Shown piece after piece: positions 37,125-47,045 of a stretch of DNA of 64,000 nucleotides. The stretch is taken from the IMG/VR virus record IMGVR_UViG_3300045988_159706; one strand, given 5' to 3'. The position numbers were made by a program, and so were the translations under genes. Within the stretch, counting starts at the first letter, position 1. Every line of letters begins with the position of its first letter. The stretch comes from a virus. The notes beneath the pieces were generated by a model. That model saw only the letters and a list, made by a program, of their open reading frames with translations, did not search any database and was not told the DNA's origin.

Positions 37125-38384
37125 TTATTCAACAATTACTTTAATTGTTGTAAATGCATCCTTATATGATGCTGATATAATTCCTTCATTTCCAGAAACT
37201 ACCTCATCAACATCTTTACTAAGAGTCCATGCGTTTGTATCAGAATTTTTGTTTACCTTAAATGGCCCTGATACATGCTTAAACTCAACTCCCTCATCAA
37301 CTTCCATTCCAACTACTTCAGAATCACTATAAGTAGCCTTTAAGGAAACGGTTCCTGCATTTACCTTTGCAGCAGAAACAACCATTGTTCCTGGTTCTCC
37401 TTTACCTGCATTTAAAATGGTTAACTCAGGAGTAACTGGATATACTACATTCTCACCAAATGCTTTTTTAATTTCAGCTTCAAACTGCGATGCAAGTTCA
37501 TTAAGAACATAAAAGACATGGTGAGTTACAGAAACCAAAGCTTGGCCAACAGTGCCTTGACCATGTAAACCTCTACGAGGTGATACATACTCAAATGCAA
37601 ACTGTGTATATAAAGCACCTGCAACAGGCTTCTCATCATCATTAACTCCTGCATAACGTAGGTTAGGATATGTTGGGAAGCGTAAGTTCTCAACTAGCCA
37701 CTCACCAGTTCCAAAAGGCGCAATATTTTTTGTAATATCATCTTTTGATGCAACAATCACATCTTCATATTTTACACCAGAACATCCATTAAGACATCCA
37801 TCTTCCTCTACTTTCTGGATTTTAGCAGCTTTAATAATCTGATAAGGATCAGACATTATTAGTTTTACTACACCATCTTTACTTGTAACTACAGCATACT
37901 TATAATCAGAAGGAATATACGACTTTAAAGCCTTCACAGCTGCATTTACCATAGCTGCTAAATCCATTCTAGAAACTATTTCAAATTCTGCCATAATTGG
38001 TTTATGGAATTCTGACCAAGGATATTTATAATCACTATAGTAACGCCCTTCAAGACTAATATCAACTAGAATGCGATATTGCCCAATCTGATTAACTAGA
38101 GGGTTTAGGTTAAATGCAACTTCAGCTACCTTTCCTCTGCGTCCTGCAGTTTTATATACTTTTGGTCCTTTAACACCTGATTTGGTATAATCTGCACAAC
38201 GTAAAACACGGAATACTCCTTCTTTAGGGGCACGATAATGTGCAGGATCTGAGCCGATATCTTCAGCTGCGGTATCTGGAGTTAATGCATAGAAACGCTT
38301 AAATGCATTACCAGCAGCATCAATACCTTCCTCTCTAGGAAGAGTATTTGAGTTGATTATTACCTCTTTAAAAAAATCAAACAT
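37125..38384 (-). CDS. capsid-associated protein with C-terminal Ig-like (Big_2-type) domain (419 aa)
   Basis: Uninterrupted ORF with a TAA stop and no TGA. The C-terminal ~90 aa (VTPELTILNAGKGEPGTMVVSAAKVNAGTVSLKATYSD...ISASYKDAFTTIKVIVE) looks like a bacterial Ig-like domain, as in decoration or head-fibre proteins. A terminator follows. Confidence 0.55.
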   Translation of the reverse strand: MFDFFKEVIINSNTLPREEGIDAAGNAFKRFYALTPDTAAEDIGSDPAHYRAPKEGVFRVLRCADYTKSGVKGPKVYKTAGRRGKVAEVAFNLNPLVNQIGQYRILVDISLEGRYYSDYKYPWSEFHKPIMAEFEIVSRMDLAAMVNAAVKALKSYIPSDYKYAVVTSKDGVVKLIMSDPYQIIKAAKIQKVEEDGCLNGCSGVKYEDVIVASKDDITKNIAPFGTGEWLVENLRFPTYPNLRYAGVNDDEKPVAGALYTQFAFEYVSPRRGLHGQGTVGQALVSVTHHVFYVLNELASQFEAEIKKAFGENVVYPVTPELTILNAGKGEPGTMVVSAAKVNAGTVSLKATYSDSEVVGMEVDEGVEFKHVSGPFKVNKNSDTNAWTLSKDVDEVVSGNEGIISASYKDAFTTIKVIVE

Positions 38385-38413
38385 ACTTGTGTATTTATTT
38401 AAAATTAGTACTA

Positions 38414-39355
38414 TTAATTCCTAGATTGTGCTTCTGGAATAGTCTGATTAATTGGAATGTTTGTTTGTAATCTAGGATCACTTGCATTTTCCATAATTAA
38501 TCTAACGAAAATATTCAAAATTTCGTAACACATATAATCTGGGAATTCTAAAATTTGGGATGAGTCAACAATATCATCAATTTGTTCTTGACTCAATCTA
38601 ATGTACATAGGAGCTTTGATATACTCAATATACACTTCTGTAGGCGTATATAAAGTATCGTCTCCGAATCTTAATTCCAGTCGTACATTAGAGGGATTTG
38701 CTAAACGATTGCCAGGTTCTCCTTCAATACCAGATAAATTTTTATCATTAAGATAATGGGTATTAATTAAAGCCCCATCTTTATCATATTCTCCTTCTGA
38801 ATATTTTAATAAAGGAGTATCAGTATTTTGGTTTGTAATTATACTATCCTTTATGTTAATATTATTTAAATAGTAATAGGGCCTTTTATATGAAGGTTTT
38901 TGATAATAATTATTAATTACTCCTCCATACATATCTGCAGTAAGTCGTTTAGCAGTAAAATAAACTTTGGTTCCAGCCTCATTATCACAATGAGTTTTCT
39001 TATTAGGATTTTCTGTTCTTGTAAAACCTACAATACAATTAAGCATATGCATATAGTCTTTTGGAAGATCCACATAATAAGTTGATGATAGAATTCCAGA
39101 GTTTATTTTTTCTTGAATAGATGTCAAATCATCAGCATTCTCTAACTTTTTTGGGTTTTGCAATAACGCTGTGGTTTTTAGAACTCGTAAATCATCAGTA
39201 GATTGCTGATTAGTATCGTATCTATTATAGGTTAAATTTATACATTGTTGAACCGCTTTATTTAAAAAATAAACATAGTCTTCAGTTAAGAGACTTGGCG
39301 CTTCTAACTTATTCAGTTCTATTAAACCATATTCATATAAATTTCTAGCGGTCAT
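38414..39355 (-). CDS. hypothetical head-module protein (313 aa)
   Basis: Uninterrupted ORF from ATG to TAA with no TGA. Tightly packed between neighbouring head genes. Confidence 0.6.
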   Translation of the reverse strand: MTARNLYEYGLIELNKLEAPSLLTEDYVYFLNKAVQQCINLTYNRYDTNQQSTDDLRVLKTTALLQNPKKLENADDLTSIQEKINSGILSSTYYVDLPKDYMHMLNCIVGFTRTENPNKKTHCDNEAGTKVYFTAKRLTADMYGGVINNYYQKPSYKRPYYYLNNINIKDSIITNQNTDTPLLKYSEGEYDKDGALINTHYLNDKNLSGIEGEPGNRLANPSNVRLELRFGDDTLYTPTEVYIEYIKAPMYIRLSQEQIDDIVDSSQILEFPDYMCYEILNIFVRLIMENASDPRLQTNIPINQTIPEAQSRN

Positions 39356-39369
39356 AATATTCTAATTTA

Positions 39370-40233
39370 TTATTTTTTGGGTGCCTTGGGTTTTACTACA
39401 ACATCCTCTGTCTTCATATCCCCAAATACCTCATAAACAATTGAGTCATAAATAGCCTTATTCTTAGGATCCTTTAAGAATAGAATAGCGGCCTCATCTG
39501 TAACTCCAAGAGCTGTATCAGAATACATTAAAACACCACTTTGTACTCTAATAATATTTTTTTGTTTGCCATCAATTAGCAGAAGTTTCAGACTTTGATC
39601 TGCACTGGTATAAATATCAATAATGAGTTCTGGGTTTTTTTCTGCTTTTTGATATAAATAATCCTGAATATCTGTATCAGGAGCATTTCTCATTGTCTTT
39701 CCTAGAAGTTTGCAAATAACCTTTCTATGTTCTGAACTATCCTGTTCAATAAAAGTATATGCTTTTGTTACTTGCTTAATACGAGACACACGTTTCTTAG
39801 ATTCAACTCCAGGACGCTCTACATATAATTCTGCTAATCCGTAACGTCTAATATCGCCATCAATAAGAAAATTTCCATGCTCATCTTTTGCACCTCTTTC
39901 TGGGGCAATTAAATGTGAATCTTTAATACATTCCCAAAGATTTGCTTGGTATTGATCATTTAAATTAAATGTTGTTCCATCAGTTACAATAATTTCAAGA
40001 TCTTCAGGGATAAAATAGTCTCTTTGCTCACTATTTAAATCTTGTTCACTTAAAATCATCTCTGTATCACGTCCATCAGCACTAACTCTAACTCTTTTTA
40101 CAAAAGGAGGATACATTCCATTCTTACCTCTCATTGGGTTAAAGTAGTAGGTTTTTACTTTTCCATATACACTACGCAGTGTTATGATATTACTGGCATT
40201 ATTAGTTTCCGTTACATTATTCATACTATTCAT
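39370..40233 (-). CDS. hypothetical head-module protein (287 aa)
   Basis: Uninterrupted ORF from ATG to TAA with no TGA. Immediately downstream of the capsid gene terminator. Confidence 0.6.
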   Translation of the reverse strand: MNSMNNVTETNNASNIITLRSVYGKVKTYYFNPMRGKNGMYPPFVKRVRVSADGRDTEMILSEQDLNSEQRDYFIPEDLEIIVTDGTTFNLNDQYQANLWECIKDSHLIAPERGAKDEHGNFLIDGDIRRYGLAELYVERPGVESKKRVSRIKQVTKAYTFIEQDSSEHRKVICKLLGKTMRNAPDTDIQDYLYQKAEKNPELIIDIYTSADQSLKLLLIDGKQKNIIRVQSGVLMYSDTALGVTDEAAILFLKDPKNKAIYDSIVYEVFGDMKTEDVVVKPKAPKK

Positions 40234-40287
40234 ATTTTGTCTTATTCAAAATTTATCTATACATCATATAATCTATTAATGGTGATA

Positions 40288-40313
40288 AGATTCCCCTATT
40301 ACAAGGGGAATCT
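40288..40313 (-). terminator. terminator-like hairpin after the capsid gene
   Basis: 10-bp perfect stem AGATTCCCCT / AGGGGAATCT with a 6-nt loop, 16 nt downstream of the stop at 40329. The downstream tract on the minus strand is only weakly T-rich. Confidence 0.5.
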
Positions 40314-40328
40314 CTCACACATTTCTTT

Positions 40329-41744
40329 TTAGTTCTCTGACATCAGGATGAACGATCTGTAAGGATTGAATACACCTACACCAGCGTATCCCCAGTTGAT
40401 CAGTTTAGCTCCTGCTACAGGAGTCGAAACCTCACCACCTGATTTACCATCACGTCCACCAGGACCAGTTAACCAGTTATGAACAATCTGCAGACCTTTA
40501 AATGTAAACATTGAAAGTGCAGGACGTCCAGTTTTTCCATCAGCAGTTAAGTCAAGGAAGATACCAAATCTACGAGGTGATGGGAACTCAATATCAAAGG
40601 AACGGTCAATCTTAAATGCGATGGTATTACCTGCAAACTCATAAGCATTGTAAGTAGCACCAAGATTAATATAACCATTAGTAGCCTTTGAATAAATGAA
40701 TGCACCATTAGTCTTGTAGTCACGAATCCAATTTGACATTACTCTTTGTACATCATTCCACATTGCAGTGTTGCAAATGAAGATATACTGATTTCCAGTA
40801 GGCTTCTCTGATTTAGCAACCATTGCCTGCAGAGCAGTTTCAAAGATTCTGATATTTAATTTCGTAAATACATATTTACCTGCAAAACGCTCGATCTGAG
40901 GAATAATACCATCACCAGAGATAATAGGCTGGCCAGTTTCAGGATCGAAGATCTTAGCTTTACCATACTTATCTACGTTAGTTTTACCCCAAAGTAATGA
41001 GTTGTTACGAGCTAACATGAAAGTATCCAAACAATCCTTAGCAGCAGGATTCATCTTATATGTTACATCATCTTTTCCATCACCCTTACCAATTGTGATA
41101 AACTGATCTTCCATTGCAGCATATTTAGCTGAGTAGGAAACATCACAACGGTGCATTGAGATGAAAGTTCTATGTTTCTCAGTATTGCTCTGATATTTCG
41201 TATAACCTTCCTCATGCAGCTCAGGCTGATAGTTTGTTAAGAAACGAGTATTCATACCAGGCTGGCAAGCTGAGAGATCTAGCGTTGCAGAATAGTCAGA
41301 ATCCTGAATCTTACAAATCAGCTCAAAGTCAGCATCGCTTCTGCGAACTGGACGGCTAAGAACGATTAATTGCTGACGTGAATCTTCGATAATAAACACG
41401 TCATTTTTTTGATAGTAGTTCTCAGGGAAGTGAACTACGATGTCTGTTCCCTGTGCACCATCGCCTTCTGGCACTGATAAGAAAGGAACACGCTTGATGA
41501 AATTCACATCAATATCCCACTCAACCATGAATGAGTTAATTGATTGAAATGCATTCTTACGATCTTTCTCCATCGTATAAATGTTCATCAGCGATTCTGT
41601 AAGGTAAGTTGCCGTATACTGATCATATAATGACGATACGATACCTAGTCTAGCAGGATTAGTGCCTAAGAACTTAGAAAAGTCTTCATACGTTCTTGTA
41701 GAAGCCATTTCAGGGCGTATGGTAGTAAAACCTGTAATTTTCAT
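40329..41744 (-). CDS. major capsid protein candidate (471 aa)
   Basis: Uninterrupted ORF with a TAA stop. Visibly GC-richer than its neighbours; six Trp, all TGG, no TGA. Directly preceded by a scaffold-like acidic coiled-coil gene and followed by a strong hairpin. Size fits HK97-fold crAss-like MCPs. No homology search was possible. Confidence 0.65.
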   Translation of the reverse strand: MKITGFTTIRPEMASTRTYEDFSKFLGTNPARLGIVSSLYDQYTATYLTESLMNIYTMEKDRKNAFQSINSFMVEWDIDVNFIKRVPFLSVPEGDGAQGTDIVVHFPENYYQKNDVFIIEDSRQQLIVLSRPVRRSDADFELICKIQDSDYSATLDLSACQPGMNTRFLTNYQPELHEEGYTKYQSNTEKHRTFISMHRCDVSYSAKYAAMEDQFITIGKGDGKDDVTYKMNPAAKDCLDTFMLARNNSLLWGKTNVDKYGKAKIFDPETGQPIISGDGIIPQIERFAGKYVFTKLNIRIFETALQAMVAKSEKPTGNQYIFICNTAMWNDVQRVMSNWIRDYKTNGAFIYSKATNGYINLGATYNAYEFAGNTIAFKIDRSFDIEFPSPRRFGIFLDLTADGKTGRPALSMFTFKGLQIVHNWLTGPGGRDGKSGGEVSTPVAGAKLINWGYAGVGVFNPYRSFILMSEN

Positions 41745-41765
41745 ATACTAAATTATTTATTTTAT

Positions 41766-42827
41766 TTATAATAGTTCGTCCCATTTGGAACTAAGAGAGG
41801 TTCCCTGTGATTGGGGTTTAGTTTCTTTTTTTATAGTAACATTAGATTTTGGTTTTGGAGGAGTTGCTTTGCGATTTTTCTTCAACTCTTCTTTCCAATA
41901 ATTACTAATGTCAGAAATTGTATCTTTACCAAATAATCTATACCAAGCTAGCTCAACAATTACCTCAGGTTTTGATAAATCTTCAACAAATTTAGTTACA
42001 CCTTCTGGAGTTTGCTTAAATACATAATCATAAATTAGATTTTTATCTTTCTCTTCAAGAATTAAACTATCACTCTTAGGATCTTTATAATCCAAAGAAA
42101 TGTAGTTAAAATCATTTAATGTATCTACAAACATATTTTGATATGCCTTCTGTTGCTCTTTTTCAGCCTCTTCCTGCTCCTTGATATGATTTTCTTCTTG
42201 TTCCTTATATTGTTTTCTAATTAAATCTACTTTCTTTTTAAAGAGATCTTCATTAGATTTAGCTACATCTAGTTCAATTTTTAATTCTTCCTCTGTCATT
42301 TCAGGGAATTTAGCTTTTTGATCTGCCAAATATAATTCCTCATCAGAATAACTATCAATGGTATAAGTTTCTTGGCTGCTGTTTTTAGCCTTATATTCAT
42401 CAATAGCCTGTTGCTGATAATACGTAATTATATCTTGAAATGACGAATTCGTCTTACGAAGTAAATTGATAGTTTCAATTTCATCTTCTGAAAGACCTGG
42501 ATCTGTTAAAGATTCAAGAATTGAAAGCTGCTCATCCTTACTTAGAGTTCCAAAATCAACCTCTTCAGTCTCTCCTGTTTCCTCGTTTTCATAAATGATA
42601 GTTTTTCCATCCCGAATTCCACGACTCTTTAAGAAGGATGAAAATGCATCCAGATCATCTTCTTCCCCTGTTTCTTCAGTTCCTTCTTCAGAAGATGAAG
42701 AATCTTCTTCCTCTTCCTCAGTAGAATTACCTGCTGGCTCAATAACTTCCTCCTGAGTTTCAGTATTTAGATCCTCAGTAGTCTCATCATCCAGCAAATT
42801 GTCAAATTGATTATGTTCAAATTGCAT
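41766..42827 (-). CDS. scaffolding protein candidate (353 aa)
   Basis: Very acidic N-terminus (EEEEEDSSSSEEGTEETGEEDD) and a charged coiled-coil-like body. Sits immediately upstream of the capsid gene. TAA stop, no TGA. Confidence 0.55.
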   Translation of the reverse strand: MQFEHNQFDNLLDDETTEDLNTETQEEVIEPAGNSTEEEEEDSSSSEEGTEETGEEDDLDAFSSFLKSRGIRDGKTIIYENEETGETEEVDFGTLSKDEQLSILESLTDPGLSEDEIETINLLRKTNSSFQDIITYYQQQAIDEYKAKNSSQETYTIDSYSDEELYLADQKAKFPEMTEEELKIELDVAKSNEDLFKKKVDLIRKQYKEQEENHIKEQEEAEKEQQKAYQNMFVDTLNDFNYISLDYKDPKSDSLILEEKDKNLIYDYVFKQTPEGVTKFVEDLSKPEVIVELAWYRLFGKDTISDISNYWKEELKKNRKATPPKPKSNVTIKKETKPQSQGTSLSSKWDELL

Positions 42828-42922
42828 ATTTCTTATTTTTCCTTATTAGTTATAGATTATCTATTCGCTGCAAATATAACTACATTTATTTAAATGTCCA
42901 AATAAAATATTAGAATATTTTT

Positions 42923-44737
42923 TTATTTTATAATACAGACTTCTGGAATTTGAACTTTACCATCTGCAGTAATAGTAATTTGTGTTTCTCCACTACCAAT
43001 TGTTGCTGAACCATCCTCTTCAACTCTTATAGGTCCAAAACTGCAAAATGAAAGATGATTGTTAATATTATACATCTTATCCCTTTTCATATCACAACCT
43101 CCATCAGTTTCAATAGTAATCCATTTTTCATTTTTCTTATTAATGCCAATGAAAGATTGTTCTTTATTATAGAGCTTCAGATAATTTAAATTATCAGTAT
43201 TAACTAATGCAATTCCAGGATTTACAAAGTAACAATTACCTTCAGATGTTAATCCATAGCCTTCCAAAGTACCAAAAATGGAGTTTTCAGTCCCAGAGAT
43301 ATTTCCAATAATGTTTCCTGAAGAACCTGTAAATAAAATATCTCCAACTTTAGGATCTGCAGATATTGAAGAGCCTTTTTCAGCATCCTGCTCCTCTAAA
43401 CAAGAAGTAATATTTTCATAGATGGTTTTATTTGGCTCAGTAACTGGAGGGGATTCAGCCCATTCATTATAAATATCTATTTCTGTAGTATTAGTAAAAT
43501 AGCAATCACTTCCTGAAAGAATTACTCTAGCTGAAAACTCAGTACATCCAACAACCATAACATCAATTGTGCCATCATTATTCTTCCCTGAAAGAAAATC
43601 CCCTGCCTTTAATGAGTGCTTTTCTAATGTTAATTCAAAAGTTACTCCCTGATATTTTGAGGCAATATCTCCTGTATAATCAGTTATATTATATCATCTA
43701 TTATAAACTCCTTCTAAACAAGTTCTATCTGAACCATATTTATATTGTTCATATACAGAACTTGAAACAGGTAAAAATTTATATTGTTTGTATGGATAGA
43801 TGCCCTCTTCATTTAAGACAAAGTCAGTATCATTTAGTGTGTGAGGACCTCACTGATTATTTGAATTTAATTTTTGACATGAAGTTAAAGTGTTAGCGTA
43901 ATCAACAATAGACCCTAATTCTAACAGTAATCCATCATTAAAAGCAGTATAGATAAGATCAATGATACTATATCCCCCTACTAAGTAATTTTCATTAGAA
44001 AAATATTGAATATCTGGAAGACTTATGGAAGAGTCTAATTTATCAATTATATTAATTGCCTTTATAAGAATTCCATTACTAAAATATGTCTTTTTATTAA
44101 TAATATCAAAATCAGATTCTGATAATGGTGGATTTTCTTCATTCCCTCCAGAATCATCCGATAAAATTAGATTTTTTACTCTAATAGTATCAATAGTTAA
44201 CGAGCCATTCTTTAAATTTAAACTAGACTTCCCTTCTGAATCTCTAATGGAATCGCTAATAAGGTCTGTTATAGTTCATCTAGAAATAGTTTCATTTAGA
44301 TTCTTTCTGGCAAAACTAGATGATGAGATTCCATTTAAATATTCTGAATTGAGGTTCTTAACTAAATTAGTAGAATTTATATTAAAAGGAGCTTCTGATG
44401 TTGTTATAGTTAATGGAGTGGTAAATGTAGTATTAATTTGAGAAGCAATAGATACTGGAGTATATCCTTCATTTTCAGTAATGAAGAACTCCCCATCTTT
44501 AGTTAATATAAGATAATTATCTCCAGGATATTGTAAATCAGTTAAGGAGTCCTCATTATCTACAAAAATAACCTGAGGAGTTTCTTCTTTTTCCTCATCT
44601 TTATCCTCTTCATCATCTCCTCTAAAGTTAATCTCATAGAACCTATCCTTTACCTGAACATATACTCTACCTGATGTTTGCAGAATTAAATCTTTACCTT
44701 TATCTCCAACTTTGGAGTTATTTGATAGTGTTCCCAC
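42923..44737 (-). CDS. hypothetical structural protein, 604 aa when TGA=Trp, GTG start
   Basis: One frame merging 44276..44737 and 42923..43558; the whole 43559-44275 gap was walked. 3 in-frame TGAs (43694, 43850, 44276). GTG 44735-44737 directly follows an in-frame TAA, and there is no nearby ATG. Confidence 0.6.
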
Positions 44738-44750
44738 TTAATTATAATCT

Positions 44751-44797
44751 GTATTATAAAAAAAGAAAGGAATGATATAAAAAATACCATTCCTTTC
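44751..44797 (-). terminator. rho-independent terminator
   Basis: 10-bp perfect stem GAAAGGAATG / CATTCCTTTC (44765-44774 / 44788-44797). On the minus strand it is followed by TTTTTTTATAA, 14 nt downstream of TAG 44811. Confidence 0.7.
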
Positions 44798-44810
44798 CAT
44801 CTTCTGATTT

Positions 44811-45188
44811 CTAATGCGAGAGCATGTCTTTTAATTCATTTAGATCTTGTTGATTCAAAACCAAGGATTTATTAACCATTGGGATATCCATCTTTATTTT
44901 TCCTGCACCTATTTCAAGTTGCCCAAGTAATCCAGTTTCCACTTTAAATGGTTTAGTGTTAATTATGTTATCTGACATTTCTGTTAGAATACCTTCAACA
45001 TCAACTAATCCATCTTTGTCTGAAATCTGTTTTAGCAAAGCTTCAACTTTGTACATGTTATTATCAATTATTCTAGATGCTAGAGGCTTCATTAAAGCCA
45101 TCATAGGATTACTTTGTGATAGTGAGGTTAATTTAACACTCACAAAGTTCCTTAAATTATTCATTATAACGTCTACGTGTTGCGCCAT
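44811..45188 (-). CDS. hypothetical protein (125 aa), TAG stop
   Basis: ATG 45186-45188 to TAG 44811-44813. A terminator follows. Confidence 0.55.
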   Translation of the reverse strand: MAQHVDVIMNNLRNFVSVKLTSLSQSNPMMALMKPLASRIIDNNMYKVEALLKQISDKDGLVDVEGILTEMSDNIINTKPFKVETGLLGQLEIGAGKIKMDIPMVNKSLVLNQQDLNELKDMLSH

Positions 45189-45637
45189 TGTTTACAGAAT
45201 TCTTCATAGGTTAGACTTGGGTTATCCTTAGAAAATTCGCGGAACTTATTAAAGATAGCCATCTCATTGTCAGTCTCTTGGACGATCTTATTCTTCAACT
45301 TCTTAACTACTGATAATTGCCTTTGTAATAACTCTTTACCTTCTTGCGTGCCTTCAATTTTAGCTTTAACTAAATTTAAAAGCTCTATTTGAACCATCTT
45401 TTGAAGTGATGTAGTGATTTCACTATATTCTTTATCTTCAAAAAATCGATTCTTTTGACTTTCAGTTAGAGCATTCATCTCATTATCAATAGAATCCCAA
45501 ATAAGCTCCTTTGAAGCTGTTTTCTGTAATTGCATTAATTGAGATTCATAAGCTTTTACCCTTTGAAGTTGATCGGTAATGTCAGAAGCTAATAATGGAT
45601 CTGGATTACCTAGGAAAACTTGATTCACAGGATACAT
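45173..45637 (-). CDS. hypothetical coiled-coil protein (154 aa), TAG stop
   Basis: ATG 45635-45637 to TAG 45173-45175. 16-nt overlap with the next gene. Confidence 0.55.
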   Translation of the reverse strand: MYPVNQVFLGNPDPLLASDITDQLQRVKAYESQLMQLQKTASKELIWDSIDNEMNALTESQKNRFFEDKEYSEITTSLQKMVQIELLNLVKAKIEGTQEGKELLQRQLSVVKKLKNKIVQETDNEMAIFNKFREFSKDNPSLTYEEFCKQWRNT

Positions 45638-45655
45638 CTTAAACTAAGATTTTAA

Positions 45656-46345
45656 CTAGGCTGCAGGAGTTGTTGTAGGCTCAAATAGGATGCTATTTGA
45701 ATATCCTGAGCAAGGGCATAAAGGATTATACAGTGAACGCTGTACTGTGTCAGTACCTACTTCAACAGCAGCTACACGAATAGGATAGAATGTATTATTT
45801 GCATAATTTACTATCTTATTGTCAGCACACATTCTACGCTCAGCCTCAAGTCCTACCATGCCAGCTACACTAGCAATCTCCATCTTAGTTACTTTACTTC
45901 TCCAAGGTTCTACAGCAGCTTGTACAGCAGCAGCAGTTTCAAGTTTTCCAATACGATCGGCTAATACGTCGAATTGGTCTCTCTGATTTTTGTACAGTCC
46001 GAAGTCTGCATCAATTTGGCTTTTGTATAAACCAAACATCTCTGAATTGATTGTTTGACGATCGTTGAAACGAGCGTTAGCTGACAGCAAAGCAAAGTCA
46101 TAAAGAGCTTTTTGATTTGCTAATTCAGCGTTGCAAGAATGCTGCCAAGCTTGGAAAGTTGATGGGCCTGAAATAGCCTCAGCTGCTAAAGCACCTGCAG
46201 CGGCACAGCCTGCATTTCCAAACAGGTTTGATTTGCTAAGAGCCCAAAGGCCCAGAGCAGTTCCTGCGATACCAAGACCTAAGCCAGTACCAGCGACACC
46301 TTTTGATGCATACTCTTTGCGATCCTCGTCGTACTCATGTACAAT
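45656..46345 (-). CDS. GC-rich protein with a Gly-zipper-like transmembrane segment; start codon unresolved
   Basis: Frame is open from just after TAG 46346-46348 to TAG 45656-45658. The listed ORF starts only at TTG 46090. The upstream in-frame part encodes KGVAGTGLGLGIAGTALGLWALSKSNLFGNAGCAAAGALAAEAI and has the same GC-rich composition. I counted 97 G+C in the 190 nt 46141-46330. Confidence 0.55.
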   Translation of the reverse strand: MVHEYDEDRKEYASKGVAGTGLGLGIAGTALGLWALSKSNLFGNAGCAAAGALAAEAISGPSTFQAWQHSCNAELANQKALYDFALLSANARFNDRQTINSEMFGLYKSQIDADFGLYKNQRDQFDVLADRIGKLETAAAVQAAVEPWRSKVTKMEIASVAGMVGLEAERRMCADNKIVNYANNTFYPIRVAAVEVGTDTVQRSLYNPLCPCSGYSNSILFEPTTTPAA

Positions 46346-46390
46346 CTATTTTTCTACTACGTCCATAATTTGTTTAATTTTAAAGTTAAT

Positions 46391-46418
46391 GAAAAAATAC
46401 TACACTGGATTCCAGTGT
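46391..46418 (-). terminator. terminator-like hairpin
   Basis: Stem ACACTG / CAGTGT (46403-46408 / 46413-46418) with a 4-nt loop. On the minus strand it is followed by AGTATTTTTT. Confidence 0.5.
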
Positions 46419-46628
46419 GGTTATCAAATAACACGTTTTATAACATCATGCATGGACATTTTTGGAACTCACTTGTCTAATTACGAATTTTCGTTAAAAT
46501 TTTCCCTCAGTATGATACTATATCACTACAAAACGCATTCTCGAATCCCTTTTATGTATATATTCCTCAAAGAACTTGTTTTGCGTTATATGATATAACT
46601 TTAAAACTAAATATGTAGTAGAATAAAC

Positions 46629-46937
46629 CTAATTTTGAATCAACTCTACAAAATCAAGAATATTATCTGTAATGACATGCTTCTGATCCATTATATTTAT
46701 AACAGTTCGTAAGAACTCTGTCTCAGAATCATTAAATTCAACTTCAATGTCCTCCACATTTGGAGTTCACGAAATTTTTCCATCGGCTTCTTTTAAGTTA
46801 AGAGAAGTTATCTCCTCACTTGAGAAGTCTATTTTCTTGCGGATGTTTCTAGCAGAAATCATCTCAAGAACACTTCCTTGTTCTGGCAGATTAGTTAAAA
46901 TAGCTAATCTGGTTGCAACATTCATTTTCATAACCAT
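46629..46937 (-). CDS. hypothetical protein, 102 aa when TGA=Trp, TAG stop
   Basis: ATG 46935-46937 to TAG 46629-46631 with one in-frame TGA at 46767 (...DGKIS[TGA]TPNVED...). It was missed by the ORF track because each half is under 60 aa. The plus-strand ORF 46747..46971 is its antisense shadow. Confidence 0.55.
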
Positions 46938-46980
46938 TAAAAATTCATTTTTTCTATCTCTACAAAATTAGAGATTATAT

Positions 46981-47032
46981 TTATAAAATCAAAATTTTTA
47001 GTGCAAAAATATTAAAATTCTTGCACTAAAAA
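46981..47032 (-). terminator. rho-independent terminator after the last fibre gene
   Basis: 12-bp perfect inverted repeat TTTTTAGTGCAA / TTGCACTAAAAA (46995-47006 / 47021-47032). On the minus strand it is followed by TTTTGATTTT, 14 nt downstream of TAA 47046. Confidence 0.65.
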
Positions 47033-47045
47033 TTTTGAAATTTTA

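Noticed and set aside
46531-46552. tRNA-like TCGAATCC (T-loop-like) string in the 46420-46628 spacer; a suppressor tRNA was expected
   Set aside because: The flanking bases cannot form a T-stem, and no acceptor or anticodon arms could be drawn. I found no tRNA in any intergenic spacer of the window, so a suppressor tRNA, if present, must lie elsewhere in the genome.
46131-46598. 155-aa plus-strand ORF, and other plus-strand ORFs such as 44025..44441, 53454..53888, 14682..14990 and 34692..35030
   Set aside because: All lie antisense to long coherent minus-strand genes and have odd, low-complexity or Leu/Ile/Phe/Ser-rich composition. They are antisense shadows of AT-rich or GC-rich coding sequence.
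44811-46937. TAG also reassigned (suggested by the in-frame TAG at 46346)
   Set aside because: Four genes end at TAG. One of these stops (44811) is followed within about 15 nt by a terminator hairpin. Reading through TAG 46629 gives non-coding-looking sequence with another TAG soon after. The single anomaly is kept as a separate finding.
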